Notes: generated by a model from the sequence alone, not told the origin. A stretch of 64,000 nucleotides of DNA from Promethearchaeati archaeon SRVP18_Atabeyarchaeia-1 (GCA_037308085.1 CP147779.1:1952001-2016000); one strand, 5' to 3'. Positions 1-10,500 are shown, numbered from the stretch's first letter. Program-made: numbers and translations.

Positions 1-537
1 CCTCCTGACAGTAAACTCCACCCTAACCGCTTTGAATAGTAATGTCTGCGTCAAGCCCAGATTATAGTATCTTATTAAAGCGCCATCGTCCACGGGATAG
101 AATTGCCTAAGCTTGAGGTTCTCATCGAAGTCAGACCACAGTGACTTTTCAAGATCTTGAGTTGTGGTTCCGAGCTCCTTGGCCGCCCTACCCATAATCT
201 CAGCCCTTTTCTCTCGGCTTGTGGGAAGGCCGAGATTGGCGGCCAGAGTGAAGACCAGCCTCCTTGCCGGTCTCGGGTCAACTGGGCTGCTCGCCTCGAA
301 GACGCATCTCCGCATCAGGAGGGTTCCTAGCCCTCGTATCAGCCTGTAATCATAGTGGCCTTCGTTTTCTAGTTTTTCCAGCTCCCCGTATATCTCTTCC
401 TTGTTTTGTCCTATCGCATTCTCAAATGTCCCCGAAAGTCTTCTGGCAAGGTTGAGAGTCTCATGCGTGAGAGGAGCGTATCTCGGTCTTATCTTGCCCC
501 TCACGAACGTCGTGATCAAGAGATTATTGGGGAGCAT
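1..537 (-). CDS. bax1: DUF790/Bax1-family endonuclease, partial (3' end runs off window)
   Basis: Not in the ORF track. Manual translation from ATG 537 gives MLPNNLLITTFVRGKIRPRY...DYRLIRGLGTLLMRRCVF...LWSDFDEN...LIRYYNLGLTQTLLFKA, open to position 1. It overlaps the xpb stop, the typical archaeal xpb-bax1 pair. Confidence 0.85.
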   Translation of the reverse strand, partial: MLPNNLLITTFVRGKIRPRYAPLTHETLNLARRLSGTFENAIGQNKEEIYGELEKLENEGHYDYRLIRGLGTLLMRRCVFEASSPVDPRPARRLVFTLAANLGLPTSREKRAEIMGRAAKELGTTTQDLEKSLWSDFDENLKLRQFYPVDDGALIRYYNLGLTQTLLFKAVRVEFTVRR

Positions 538-1891
538 CGTGCTTCTCCTCCACCAAATTCCTCTTCCTTCTCCAGCTCATCCACGTCTCAGAGGTCTTCT
601 TTGAGACGACCTCTATCAGTTTGGCCTTCTTCCCTTCCCTTTTTCTGAGGATTCTTCCCAGGCGTTGAATGAACTCTCTTGAGGAGCCCGTTCCGCTCAG
701 GATGACGGCCCTCGTGGCGTCGGGGACATCGACTCCTTCGTCCAGGACTCTTGACGTGACTACTGCTTTGTATTTGCCTTCCCTAAAAGTGTCAAGTATC
801 TCCGTCCTTTCGTCCTTCGGAGTCAAGTACGTGATACATGGGACCAGGAATTCGGCGGAGATCATGTGGACCAGCTTATTGTGGGCAGTGAACACTATTG
901 TGGGCTCGTTAGGATTCCTGGACAGGATTTCTCGGAGAGCAGAGATCTTTGACTTCGAGTTAAGGGCTATTCCAAGAGCTCTATTCCTCGCTATGAGGGC
1001 TTTCCTTGCGCTTGGATCCTTGTTGGTCATCATGATGAACCTCGTGAAGTCGGTCGGTGAACTCATAGGTATGCCCTTCAGCTCCACGTAATCCCTGAAG
1101 ACCTTGTAGAGTCTTTGATACTCAGCCTCCTCTTCAGGCGCCAGGTCGACGGAAACTTTTTCAGTCTCGAATGGAGAAAGGTGTGTCCCCACGAGATCGC
1201 GCACACCTAATTCGAATACCTTCCCCCCGACGAGACGAGGAAGATCCGTATGCAACCCATCTTCCCGCTCGTAAGTTGCAGTTAATCCAAGCCTGCAGGG
1301 ACAGGCGAACACCTCAGCAATGTGGGAGTAACCAGTACTGGGCAAATGGTGCACCTCATCAAAAATAACCAGGCCAAACCTGTTCCCCAGTTCCTCCCCC
1401 CTGATATAGGCAGAGTCGTACGTCGATACAGTCAAGGCTTCTAGCCTATATTCTCCTCCTCCGTAAACGCCAACCTGCACAGCGAACTCCTTCTCCAGAT
1501 ACCTGCGCCATTGCTCCACGAGATCCAAAGTTGGAACAACGACTATCGTCGGCGTGTCAAGGTGCGCTATTGCTGCAACGCCAATCGCAGTCTTTCCCGC
1601 CCCTGTAGGCAGCACTATGACTCCTCTTGCCCCAACCTTAAGCCAAGCGTCTAGGGCATCCCTCTGGTAGGATCTCAGCTCGAGCTTACACTCAAGGTGC
1701 GGACACGGTAAAAGGTCCATGACCTTGTCAACGTAAGGTATCCGACTTCTCTTCAGATATTCGGCTATGTCAGCATAATCCACAGCCAGCGCCTTAGAAG
1801 AGTGAGAACGTGGATCGAACGTGGATTTAGGAACCCTATAATCACCGCTCACAACAATGATGCCTCTATCATACTGCAGATTCACGGCCAA
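524..1891 (-). CDS. xpb: XPB/Rad25-like SF2 DNA helicase
   Basis: LRSYQ, LPTGAGKT, FDEVHH, LGLTAT, LDEGVDVP, QRLGRILR motifs. Start placed at TTG 1891 behind a GGGTGAG SD; the ORF-track extension to 2110 is probably non-coding. Confidence 0.9.
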   Translation of the reverse strand: MAVNLQYDRGIIVVSGDYRVPKSTFDPRSHSSKALAVDYADIAEYLKRSRIPYVDKVMDLLPCPHLECKLELRSYQRDALDAWLKVGARGVIVLPTGAGKTAIGVAAIAHLDTPTIVVVPTLDLVEQWRRYLEKEFAVQVGVYGGGEYRLEALTVSTYDSAYIRGEELGNRFGLVIFDEVHHLPSTGYSHIAEVFACPCRLGLTATYEREDGLHTDLPRLVGGKVFELGVRDLVGTHLSPFETEKVSVDLAPEEEAEYQRLYKVFRDYVELKGIPMSSPTDFTRFIMMTNKDPSARKALIARNRALGIALNSKSKISALREILSRNPNEPTIVFTAHNKLVHMISAEFLVPCITYLTPKDERTEILDTFREGKYKAVVTSRVLDEGVDVPDATRAVILSGTGSSREFIQRLGRILRKREGKKAKLIEVVSKKTSETWMSWRRKRNLVEEKHDAPQ

Positions 1892-2272
1892 CTCGTGCTC
1901 ACCCAATCCGACAATCCAAAACGCTTGCCCGACTGTGCATCCCGGCGGCGTGCGCCTCAAGTGAAACCTAAGAAGTTCGGCAGTACTTAAGCGTTCCATT
2001 TGAAACGCCGACCCGAATAGTTCGCTGACGCGGCCTTCCGCATTCCGCGGTATACCTCTTCGGAGCAAGCGTGAGTCCCGCTGGGAAATGGGCGAATGTG
2101 GAGTGCTCAAAGACCCTTTCTTCTGCTTCCTTCGAGGGTACTTCCGATGGCTGGCTTTGTCTCAGGTAGCCTATCCTTTGGGGCGAGACAGGAGAGGCGC
2201 GCTATCAGGTTTTTAAGGAGGCGGATAGCTAGAAGTAATGACAGAAGGGAACAGAATAGATTGGTGGAGCAA

Positions 2273-2770
2273 ATGGATCGAGAGCAAATTCTCGCACAGC
2301 TCCGAGAAAATGGGCCAAGGCTTAACCGGGAATATGGCGTTTCGCTGATAGTCCTATTCGGGTCAGTAGCATCAGGTTACTCAGCCAAGGGAATGAACCT
2401 ATCAAGCGATATCGACATAGCGATCTACTTGTCAGCTGGCAAACAAGATGGGCGAAGGAGTGACAGACTCGGTTCCAAACTTGATGACTACCTATTCGAT
2501 GCACATTTGTTGCTCATAGGGGAGTTCACAGACCTTCTTCGCACAGACTCGGTTGACGTTGTCTTGATAAACGAGTCCCCTGCTGCGCTCAAATATGAGA
2601 TCTTCACCAAGGGCATCCTTGCATACCAGGGAAACGAGACAGAGTACGAAGACCAGTATCTAGCCGCGACCGAGGAATACTATGACCTTATGCCGATGCT
2701 TCAGGACAAGCTCAAGGAAGCCCAGGAATACCTGTCAGAAGGACGAAGCGGAGGAACCCCAACTTGGTGA
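2273..2770 (+). CDS. mntA: MntA-type minimal nucleotidyltransferase antitoxin
   Basis: LFGS...SDIDIA and VDVV motifs; overlaps the downstream DUF86 gene. Confidence 0.85.
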   Translation: MDREQILAQLRENGPRLNREYGVSLIVLFGSVASGYSAKGMNLSSDIDIAIYLSAGKQDGRRSDRLGSKLDDYLFDAHLLLIGEFTDLLRTDSVDVVLINESPAALKYEIFTKGILAYQGNETEYEDQYLAATEEYYDLMPMLQDKLKEAQEYLSEGRSGGTPTW

Positions 2771-3192
2771 GCAATCCATCTGTTGAAGAACGAACCAAGC
2801 TCGTCGCCGATTACCTTCGCAAGCTGGAGTTAATCGCCAACAAGAGCCAAACCGAGTTCCTCGGTGATCCATTCATTTCAGACGCCGCGGAGAGAAACCT
2901 GCAGCTCACAATCGAGGCGGTAGCTGATTTAGGCAACTTCATAATTAGGAGAAAGGGTTTTGAAACTCCGCAATCCTATCAAGACATCTTTAGAATCCTA
3001 TGCGAGAACGGTGTTGTTCCGATATCAATGAAAGAAAACCTTGTGCAAATGGCAAGATTCAGAAACCTTCTCGTTCATGGATACGCGAGAATAGACAAGA
3101 GGAGAATATACACCATCACTAAGACCAATCTCAATCAGCTGAAGGATGTTGCATCGAGGCTGAGCCAAACCGCCATGGCGCTTAACAAGTGA
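2764..3192 (+). CDS. hepT: HepT/DUF86 HEPN RNase toxin
   Basis: RX4H motif followed by Tyr (FRNLLVHGY); AAERNLQLTIEA helix. Confidence 0.9.
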   Translation: MVSNPSVEERTKLVADYLRKLELIANKSQTEFLGDPFISDAAERNLQLTIEAVADLGNFIIRRKGFETPQSYQDIFRILCENGVVPISMKENLVQMARFRNLLVHGYARIDKRRIYTITKTNLNQLKDVASRLSQTAMALNK

Positions 3193-3325
3193 CCTTGTCA
3201 TGTAACCTCTTCCCACGGCTTGCCAGTGGGCCTTCCGTTTCGTTCGCCCTGTGTTCGCGCGTCGTTGCGCTACTCCTCTGAATTTTAGGGGCTGACAGAG
3301 GGAACAGCGGGCCACTGTTCGTGCT

Positions 3326-3796
3326 TCATGAAGATTCCTCGCATGGAGACCCCTCAACTTGTTGAGGGGAGGAAATGCGATCCTTTCTTGGTCTCCCAAC
3401 AGTCCGCTGCCTTTGCTCCTGAACGTAGCGCCTGACGGTATCCTCGGAGACATATCCGACCGTACCGATGTAGTAGCTGGGACTCCAGATGTGGCCATGC
3501 TGGAACATCGTGCGCAGTGCCGAGTGCCTCTCGAAAAGAACCTTGGCTGTCGTACCCTTCAAGACCTTCACTATTCCGGTAGGAGACTCACTTGGTGGTG
3601 CCTCGATGAAGAGGTGAATATGGTCCGGCATCACCTCCATGGACTTTATGCTCCATTCGCGGGCCTCAGCTATTGAGCATAATGAGGTTCGCAAGGTTCT
3701 CAGCACGGACCCGGGCAGACTCTTCCTGTACTTAGGGCACCACACAATGTGGTAGGCGACCTCCCAGACGGCGGATGTGCCTCGGTGCACCTGCAC
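3326..3796 (-). CDS. tnpA: IS200-family Y1 HUH transposase
   Basis: YHIVWCPKYR, DHIHL (HUH), WSPSYY, RYVQEQ motifs; GTG start behind GGAGG. Confidence 0.92.
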   Translation of the reverse strand: MQVHRGTSAVWEVAYHIVWCPKYRKSLPGSVLRTLRTSLCSIAEAREWSIKSMEVMPDHIHLFIEAPPSESPTGIVKVLKGTTAKVLFERHSALRTMFQHGHIWSPSYYIGTVGYVSEDTVRRYVQEQRQRTVGRPRKDRISSPQQVEGSPCEESS

Positions 3797-3849
3797 GTTA
3801 CCATACCTCCGCAAGAGAAATATATACCATATGGTATATATATCCCTTT

Positions 3850-4875
3850 ATGCTGCGAACCATCACCGTCAAGCTGGAAGATAACCAAGCCGTTACGAAC
3901 ACCGTTAGATGTTTCAACGAGTGCTGCAACTTCTTTCGCAGGGTCGGCTTTGACAGCAAGACATACTCGAAGTGGGTGCTTCAGGCGCTGGGCTACAGGG
4001 AAGCAAGGAGAAGGTGGCCTTGCCTTCAGTCGTCACTCGTTCAAGGGGCGCGCGACTGCGCTTGTGATATGCTGAGGCACGAGGAGCTTAGGGGACTCCC
4101 GTTCAAGAAGCCTTGGTCAAGTGCACGCTTCAATCAGCGGACATTCAAGGCATACCTGGACAGTGCTTGTCTATCACTCGCAACAGTCAATGGCCGACAG
4201 AGGATACCCATTAGGATCCCTGAATACTTCCTAGTCTACTCTGGTGGCGGAATCGTGTCCCTTCGCATTAGGCTAAGTAAGGGTGCACTCTGCGCAGATC
4301 TCGTGATCGAGCTGCCCGCTGCTGCTATTCCGAATAAGGTACGGAACGGACCACCCGTGGTGCTTGGCGTTGATAGAGGAATAACTAATGCTGCAGTCTC
4401 CTCCAACGGAGCATTCTTCAATTCAAGGGCGATCAGAAGGGTTCGTGGCAGGTATGCGTATCTGCGTGGGAGGTTGCAGGCCGCAGGCACCCGCTCGGCG
4501 AGGCGCCACCTCAGGCGACTGTCGGGGCGGGAGAGACGGTTCCAAGCCGACACCAACCACTGCATCGCTAAGCAGATTGCCGCCATGGACTACGATGTCC
4601 TGGCGCTCGAGGAGTTGGGGATAAGGAGAAGGAAGCCACAGGGGCCAAGGTTCAACCGGATGCTCGGGGGCTGGGCATACGCTAAACTCGGAGCCTTCCT
4701 CAAGTACAAATGTGAGGATAAGGGGAAGAGAGTTGTGCTCGTTCCGCCTGAGAACACCAGCCGCACATGCTCTCGTTGTGGAGCGTTCGGAAGGCGGCAT
4801 GGCAGCACGTTCAGTTGCCCGTCGTGTGGCATTGTCCTGAACGCTGACTTGAACGCTGCGCGAAACATCGCCTAG
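3850..4875 (+). CDS. tnpB: TnpB RNA-guided nuclease (341 aa, catalytic triad intact)
   Basis: GVDRG, ALEEL, CSRCG..CPSCG zinc finger, NADLNAARNI. Confidence 0.92.
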   Translation: MLRTITVKLEDNQAVTNTVRCFNECCNFFRRVGFDSKTYSKWVLQALGYREARRRWPCLQSSLVQGARDCACDMLRHEELRGLPFKKPWSSARFNQRTFKAYLDSACLSLATVNGRQRIPIRIPEYFLVYSGGGIVSLRIRLSKGALCADLVIELPAAAIPNKVRNGPPVVLGVDRGITNAAVSSNGAFFNSRAIRRVRGRYAYLRGRLQAAGTRSARRHLRRLSGRERRFQADTNHCIAKQIAAMDYDVLALEELGIRRRKPQGPRFNRMLGGWAYAKLGAFLKYKCEDKGKRVVLVPPENTSRTCSRCGAFGRRHGSTFSCPSCGIVLNADLNAARNIA

Positions 4876-5002
4876 CGGGGCATAACCCTGCTGAGCTGGC
4901 TGACCGTCAACCAGCCAATCGTAGCGGGCGATGATGCGAAACATGCGGGAACGGTCGCAGAGTCCAGCTGCAAGCCCCCTGTTTCAACAGGGGGTAGTTG
5001 AC
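4860..5002 (+). ncRNA. Predicted TnpB omegaRNA scaffold (guide would be the flank from 5003)
   Basis: Hairpin TGGCTG-accGTCAAc-CAGCCA whose loop is complementary to the terminal TTGAC; terminal hairpin at the IS right end. The 5' boundary is approximate. Confidence 0.6.
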
Positions 5003-5119
5003 TTATGAAGGAGCGTCCTCAATAGTAGTACCACTTGAGTATCCTGCTCCATGTAGCGCAGGCGGTGGTCGGAGACGTCTAGGCTTCAGGGAATACCAGA
5101 GAGAAAGAATCGGAGAAAA

Positions 5120-5437
5120 GTGACACTAGAATCAGCTCTAATCTTGATTGTAAAGCAACTGCGAGAAATGGGCGCTTTGAGAATCATTCTCTTCGGGTCA
5201 CTCGCGACCGGCGAAGTTGACGTTAACAGCGACATAGATATTCTTGTGGTTATGCCCGAAACCAAGAACGGGAAGGAATGGTCGAGACTCGTCTACGACT
5301 GTGTTGAAAGAGGCGCCGCCTCAGATATCGTCGTCTTCAACAGAAAAGAGTTTGAGACGGAACTTCTAATTAACAGCTTTCTAAGACGGATAATAGACAC
5401 GGGTAGGGTTGTCTATGAAAAGGCCAGCCAAAGATGA
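5120..5437 (+). CDS. Minimal nucleotidyltransferase (MNT)
   Basis: ILFGSLATG...SDIDILVV. Confidence 0.88.
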   Translation: MTLESALILIVKQLREMGALRIILFGSLATGEVDVNSDIDILVVMPETKNGKEWSRLVYDCVERGAASDIVVFNRKEFETELLINSFLRRIIDTGRVVYEKASQR

Positions 5438-5831
5438 ATCCATAAGATGGCTCACACAGGCGGAAGACGAATTCGTGGACGCCGATGATCTTAGGAAAAG
5501 GGGAAGATTCTACCTTGCTCTATTCCACTTCCAACAAGCTGCTGAGAAAGCTGTGAAGGCGTACCTCTACCTGAAGACGAAGTCAATCGAAGTCTTCTAC
5601 ACAGAGTCCTTGGACGACCTTCTCAAGATGGCTGTCGAGGCAGACAAGAGCTTCGCCAGAATTGAGCAGGCAAAGAAGCTGGACAGGTACTACTTCCCCA
5701 CCCGCTACCCAAGTGGACTACCGGGAGGAGTTCCCTCAAGATACTTCGATGATCCAAAGGAAGCGGAGGAAGCGATGCTACTCGCCAAAGAGGTTATTGA
5801 CCTCGTCAAGAAAGAGTTAAAGGAGAGATAG
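5415..5831 (+). CDS. HEPN domain protein (MNT partner)
   Basis: WLTQAEDEF, FHFQQAAEKAVKA, YYFPTRYP; the usual THxL reads TESL here. Confidence 0.88.
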   Translation: MKRPAKDESIRWLTQAEDEFVDADDLRKRGRFYLALFHFQQAAEKAVKAYLYLKTKSIEVFYTESLDDLLKMAVEADKSFARIEQAKKLDRYYFPTRYPSGLPGGVPSRYFDDPKEAEEAMLLAKEVIDLVKKELKER

Positions 5832-6002
5832 GGCCAGATTTTTGCCGTATGCCTCTTCATGTAGCATCAAGCAAGGTTGGCTATCACCGCGGGGGGGTTG
5901 TATCGAATTGACTTGGAGCGGCCTGCGCTTCGACGGTTGCGCGAATGTCACGCCAAGCTACATGAGAGCTGAGCCAAGTCCACACGTGGCTTTCCGATTT
6001 CC

Positions 6003-6545
6003 CTATTTGCCTGCCTTCCGGACCATTTTCATGACTTCTCTCATGAATGCGGGCAGGTCGCCGGGATACCTTGACGTTACCAGGTTGCCGTCGACGACGA
6101 CCTCTCTGTCCTCGTAGATTCCTCCAGCCTGCTTGATCTCGTCCGGCACCTTGTCTCCCCAGAAACTGGTGGCGTGTCTCCCCTTGATCACCCCAGCTGA
6201 AATAAGCGTGTACGGGCCGTGGCAGATTGCTCCGACAGGTTTGTCTGCTTCAAAGAATGCTTTTGCCACGCTTCTTGCTTTGGGGCTATTCCTCACTGTG
6301 GTCGGCGCTCCCTTTGGCGTTCCTCCCGGCAAAATTAGTAGGTCATAGTCTTTGGGATCAACTTCCTCAAAGGTCTTCTCTACCTTCAGCTGGTAGCCGT
6401 GCTCGCCACTTATGACACCCTTCCCGGGCGCTGCTACGTGAACTTGTGCTCCCTCCTCGAGCAGACGGTAGTAGGGGTAGAAGACTTCCATATCCTCAAA
6501 TTCGTCTGCGGTGAGAATTACGGCCGTTATCTTTTTTCCTACCAT
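6003..6545 (-). CDS. pfpI: PfpI/DJ-1 family protease/deglycase
   Basis: FEDME, LPGG, AICHGP, VVVDGNLVTSR motifs. Confidence 0.92.
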   Translation of the reverse strand: MVGKKITAVILTADEFEDMEVFYPYYRLLEEGAQVHVAAPGKGVISGEHGYQLKVEKTFEEVDPKDYDLLILPGGTPKGAPTTVRNSPKARSVAKAFFEADKPVGAICHGPYTLISAGVIKGRHATSFWGDKVPDEIKQAGGIYEDREVVVDGNLVTSRYPGDLPAFMREVMKMVRKAGK

Positions 6546-6699
6546 ACTCTCCGGTCGCCTCCATCAAGCTCAGTCAGGACCTTGCACACCTTTGGCTTCA
6601 TGACGGGGATTTCCATCCTTATTGCATACAACGCCAGTGCACATAGGTACACGATGTAACATGAACGTGACCAATGCCGTATGAGGCTTTCTATTCTTT

Positions 6700-8045
6700 G
6701 TCAGTTACCCACTGCTGAAGCTTGTGGGCTTGCAACTCGGGGTTGTCTGGCGCGGCCTTTCAAACCCTTCACCTTGCCAAACGCGCCTACTGACGGAGGC
6801 GCTCCCCTCAGGAAACTGGCCCATCTTGTAGGTGCTGGATGTGTCTTGCGTTTGGGCCGCCCTGAGGGCGATGTTGAGGCTCGCAGCGCGGTCACGGTTC
6901 GCCTCATAGCCACACGCTCTACACTTGAAGTAGGAGTACCCACGCCAGTTCGCCTTACTCGTGTACGCACAGTAGGGGCACATCTGAGACGTGTACCTGG
7001 GATCAATCTCAACCAGCAGCACTCCCTGTCTCTCAGCTATGTGTCTGAGGGCGTGTCTGAGGAAGCCGTAGGGGGTGCGGTTCACCTTCCTGCGGCTCGC
7101 TGCGCTCCACTCGCCCCGCCTCTTCCTGAGGTGGCTCAGCTTCTCGATGGCGATGCTAGCGCCGCGTGCTTCTGCCTGCTGCACGATCTGGTTGGCGACG
7201 AGCCAGATGCTCGTCCGCGTATAGTTCCTCTGCCTCTTGCCAAGGCGCTTAAGCTTTAGCCCGGCCTTGCTCCTCGACGAGGTGTCCCTGAGCTGCTGGA
7301 GTGCTGCACGCCTCTTCTCGAAGTTGAACTGCCTTGTGGAGACTTCCTCCCCATAGTAGGTCTGCTTCAGGACGCCAACGCCTGGACCTACTGTGGAGGT
7401 GGCGATCCTGGGGCTGTTCACATCCACCCCCAGCCAGTTGCGCCTCACCTGAGACGCGGGCATCTCCTTAGAGAGGGCGGCGAGGAACCTCAATCCCCTC
7501 TTCATAATGATGCTGGTCAGCTTCCAGCCTTGGGAGAGGTGTGCTTGGAGGCGCTGGTAGGCGCCATCCCTGCTGAGCGGCAGGCCTATCCTCTCGGCGC
7601 TTGTCCTCAGAGCGAGGACAGGGTTTCCTCTCTTGGTCTGCTTGAAGCTGAAGAGGCGCGAGTCGAAGCGGACGATGCACCCCTCCACGCCCCTGCTCGC
7701 GGTCTTCCTTATGCTCCACGCGTGGCTTGTTGCCTCAATCACGAGTTGGGATGCTATATTGTGCTCCGCCCTGAGCCTCGCGTAGGTCTTTCTGTGGAGC
7801 TGGCCTCTGCTCTTGGCGCCGCCAAGGCTGCAGAGCACACCCCTCACCATCTCCAAGTACGTGGCATACGTCTTCCTGAGGATTCTTCTCTTCTTCCCCG
7901 TTGGTTCCAAGAGGTTTAGAGGCAGGCACTTATTCATAGTATCCCTAGAGGATGTTAGGGTGCAAGGTATTTAAGGCGCCCAACCGGCATGCCGCTGCGA
8001 TTCCTCCCACCCCTGAAGGACGTGGGCTTCCTAACAACGACTACT
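6700..8045 (-). mobile_element. IS1341-like tnpB-only element
   Basis: On the minus strand it begins after TTCAC with a left hairpin CCCACGTCCTTCAGGGGTGGG and ends GCAAGCCCACAAGCTTCAGCAGTGGGTAACTGAC. Confidence 0.8.
6705..7937 (-). CDS. tnpB: TnpB RNA-guided nuclease (triad intact)
   Basis: GVDVN, AIEKL, CPYC..CRACG, NRDRAAS. Confidence 0.9.
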   Translation of the reverse strand: MNKCLPLNLLEPTGKKRRILRKTYATYLEMVRGVLCSLGGAKSRGQLHRKTYARLRAEHNIASQLVIEATSHAWSIRKTASRGVEGCIVRFDSRLFSFKQTKRGNPVLALRTSAERIGLPLSRDGAYQRLQAHLSQGWKLTSIIMKRGLRFLAALSKEMPASQVRRNWLGVDVNSPRIATSTVGPGVGVLKQTYYGEEVSTRQFNFEKRRAALQQLRDTSSRSKAGLKLKRLGKRQRNYTRTSIWLVANQIVQQAEARGASIAIEKLSHLRKRRGEWSAASRRKVNRTPYGFLRHALRHIAERQGVLLVEIDPRYTSQMCPYCAYTSKANWRGYSYFKCRACGYEANRDRAASLNIALRAAQTQDTSSTYKMGQFPEGSASVSRRVWQGEGFERPRQTTPSCKPTSFSSG

Positions 8046-8099
8046 GTGAAGTATTGATCTAGGCATCATACTCCGTTGCACTCGGAATACTTTCAAGGC

Positions 8100-10058
8100 T
8101 CAGTGGGTTTGAGCGGTTTCGCTTTCGAGATATTTCCTGTTATATTCTATTACCCTGCTCGTTTTCTCCCCCGACAATTCGTACAATTCGTAGAAAATTC
8201 GATTCACTTCTACTGCTAACTCCCCGATTTTCGAGGGCTTTTGAATTTCCTCGACTAGCTTACATACATTCTCAACTGTCTCTCTTCGTTCGTCTGGGAC
8301 AGGTATGACGGATAGGAAGCTTGGCAGAAAATGGAAATAGCCATCTCCGATCTGAATCCCTTTCCAGATGATGGCGTAGACAAACGAGAAAACATCGGAG
8401 TTAAGGAGACCAGTATAGTAATAGGTTCTCTTTACTCCTTCTTCTCTGCTTTTGACGAATGCAATTGGGAATACGTCCTTTGTCACCCACTCTCCGCTCT
8501 CGTCACAGTAGGCCAACATTCTCTTCGCGTGCTGGCAGAATATTATCTTGGTCCTCTTGAATATCGAAATTGGCGGCAGCGGGTTCCCGAGCTTTCCTAG
8601 GGTAGCATTGTCGTAGTTTATGTAATAGCCAACCCACTCAACCTTGTAGGCGCCAATCTCATTCTTGTGAGCATGGCTTTTGCCGCCGAGATACTTGAAT
8701 TTGTTGTTGCCAGTGATGGTTTCTGAAACGTATTGCTCGCGCATTCCCTTAGAGTGAAATGATACAGTAGTCCGGAACTGCAGAAACTCACCCAACCTAT
8801 GATTGAACCGCTCAAGTATTTGGAAGAATATTTCTTTGTCCAATCCGTTTTCAAAGCAGTAGAAAGGCAACGTTCCCCCAAGAACTCTATATTTGTCTTG
8901 CTCGACATTTACGAACTGGTATTTGTCATGTTCGAAATCATCCTTGCTCTCGATATTACAGACGACCCGACTATACCCGGTCGGCTTTTCCTTTTTCACC
9001 GTGAATAGAATTGGGTATACATCTGTTCCCTCAAAGTAGCCTAGGTTGGAGATGTCACAGATCTCAACTATCTTGTGCCCGTCAAGTATCTTTTTTCTGG
9101 TGCTGTATGCGTAATTGGCAACGAGAAACTTGTCTGGAAGTACGAAACCCAGGTAACCGCCATTGTTGAGTATCTGCAATCCCAGATCAATGAAGCATAC
9201 GTAAATGTCAAACGCACCTTTGGCGATATTTGGGAAATTTCGTCTGCACAGGAGCTTGTCTTTCTTCGGTAGCCTTTTCGCTTCGACGTAGGGTGGATTG
9301 CCAATAACGAGATCGAATTTGCGGGTCCGCAGTGGATTCTCCTCGCTTTGCAGAGTCAGAGCGTTCATGCAAAAGACGTTGAAGGAGATGGACAGATTCT
9401 TCTCTTTGCCCACTGACCTTATCCATATTGGAGAAGTTGACACAAGCAAATTCAACCTTGTCAAACTGCAGGCAAACTCATCTACATCAATTCCGTATAT
9501 CTGGTTCCTTATTTTTTCAAGAAGCCCCTTCGCCCCTAAGTTACCTGTTTTTTCAAGTATCCTCTTAACGCTTGCAGAAAGGAAGACGCCTGCCCCGCAG
9601 GCCAGATCGACTATTTTCGCGTCTTTTGCCGCTACTCCGAATTCCACGGAATCCAATATGTGTTTGACGAGTGTAGGAGGCGTATAGAACCTGCCTAGTA
9701 CCTTCTTGAGCTCTGTATTGATCAGTTTCTCATAAACTGATGACACGATATCAATGCTCTCGGTGCCGCTATATTCGTGCAGGTGCGCCTCAAGCATTTC
9801 GGGATGAGAATCTGCCAGTGCCTTAAAATGTGACTTCGTTCCTATTTGAGACTCTATTAGGCAATCTATCTGCTTCATGAACTTCTTGCCAACTTTGCCA
9901 GCAAGATAAGCCCTAACTATATGAGCATAGAAGACGACAATTGCCTCTTCCGCCGCCAAGCCATATTCACTTCTGATCGAGTTTATTGACGCTACTATAC
10001 CTGCGCTCTCCAAGCCTTTGGTCCCGCCGCGGGTTTCTGTCTTTTGTTCCAGCGTCAT
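8100..10058 (-). CDS. Orphan N6-adenine DNA methyltransferase (TaqI/Eco57I-like, gamma class) with C-terminal TRD
   Basis: GRFYTP, VDLACGAGVF, YGIDVD, IGNPPY motifs; TaqI_C-like C-terminus; no nuclease domain recognised. Confidence 0.88.
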   Translation of the reverse strand: MTLEQKTETRGGTKGLESAGIVASINSIRSEYGLAAEEAIVVFYAHIVRAYLAGKVGKKFMKQIDCLIESQIGTKSHFKALADSHPEMLEAHLHEYSGTESIDIVSSVYEKLINTELKKVLGRFYTPPTLVKHILDSVEFGVAAKDAKIVDLACGAGVFLSASVKRILEKTGNLGAKGLLEKIRNQIYGIDVDEFACSLTRLNLLVSTSPIWIRSVGKEKNLSISFNVFCMNALTLQSEENPLRTRKFDLVIGNPPYVEAKRLPKKDKLLCRRNFPNIAKGAFDIYVCFIDLGLQILNNGGYLGFVLPDKFLVANYAYSTRKKILDGHKIVEICDISNLGYFEGTDVYPILFTVKKEKPTGYSRVVCNIESKDDFEHDKYQFVNVEQDKYRVLGGTLPFYCFENGLDKEIFFQILERFNHRLGEFLQFRTTVSFHSKGMREQYVSETITGNNKFKYLGGKSHAHKNEIGAYKVEWVGYYINYDNATLGKLGNPLPPISIFKRTKIIFCQHAKRMLAYCDESGEWVTKDVFPIAFVKSREEGVKRTYYYTGLLNSDVFSFVYAIIWKGIQIGDGYFHFLPSFLSVIPVPDERRETVENVCKLVEEIQKPSKIGELAVEVNRIFYELYELSGEKTSRVIEYNRKYLESETAQTH

Positions 10059-10157
10059 AGCTTGGCACGCCCGAGTCTCGATTGGATTCCATGGATGCGT
10101 CTCTCTATTTACCCGTTTGCCACGTCCTCAAACTTGTCTGCAGCTAGGATAACTGCT

Positions 10158-10500
10158 GTGAGCTACCAACCCCTTGAAGGGTGTTGGCTTCCGAGCTTGC
10201 AGGCTACTGTTTCTCTTGCCTGTTCATCCTCGGTTTGTTGGGCTGGCTCATCTGCAGCCCTTCGACCCGCGGCTTTAGCCAAATAAGGCAGGCCGATGTT
10301 CAATGCAGCGTTGTAGTCAGCGTTGAAAGTCATGCTACAATGACGGCCGAAGAGGGTTGATTGATTCATGCGAAGAGTGTGTCTTGAGCGACATTTCCCG
10401 CATGTCTTGGATGTCCACCGTTCATCAACCACAGCTGTCGACAGTCCTCTCTCCGCGGGTTTCTTGCTCAATCCCCTTCTAACTTGGATCCAAGTGGGGC
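10158..10500 (-). pseudogene. tnpB: tnpB 3' remnant with IS right end/omegaRNA
   Basis: VDERWTSKTCGKC...FNADYNAALNI; right end AAGCCAACACCCTTCAAGGGGTTGGTAGCTCAC. Confidence 0.8.

Larger units (their letters stand above)
3330..5002 (+). mobile_element. IS605-group element with divergent tnpA/tnpB (apparently complete)
   Basis: Left hairpin CCCCTCAAC-TT-GTTGAGGGG after TTCAT (3325-3329). Right end GCAAGCCCCCTGTTTCAACAGGGGGTAGTTGAC. The reconstructed empty site is CTTCAT-TT-ATGAAG. Confidence 0.85.

Noticed and set aside
1892-2272. N-terminal extensions of XPB and MntA in the ORF track
   Set aside because: They overlap divergently, lack family similarity, and better starts exist downstream.
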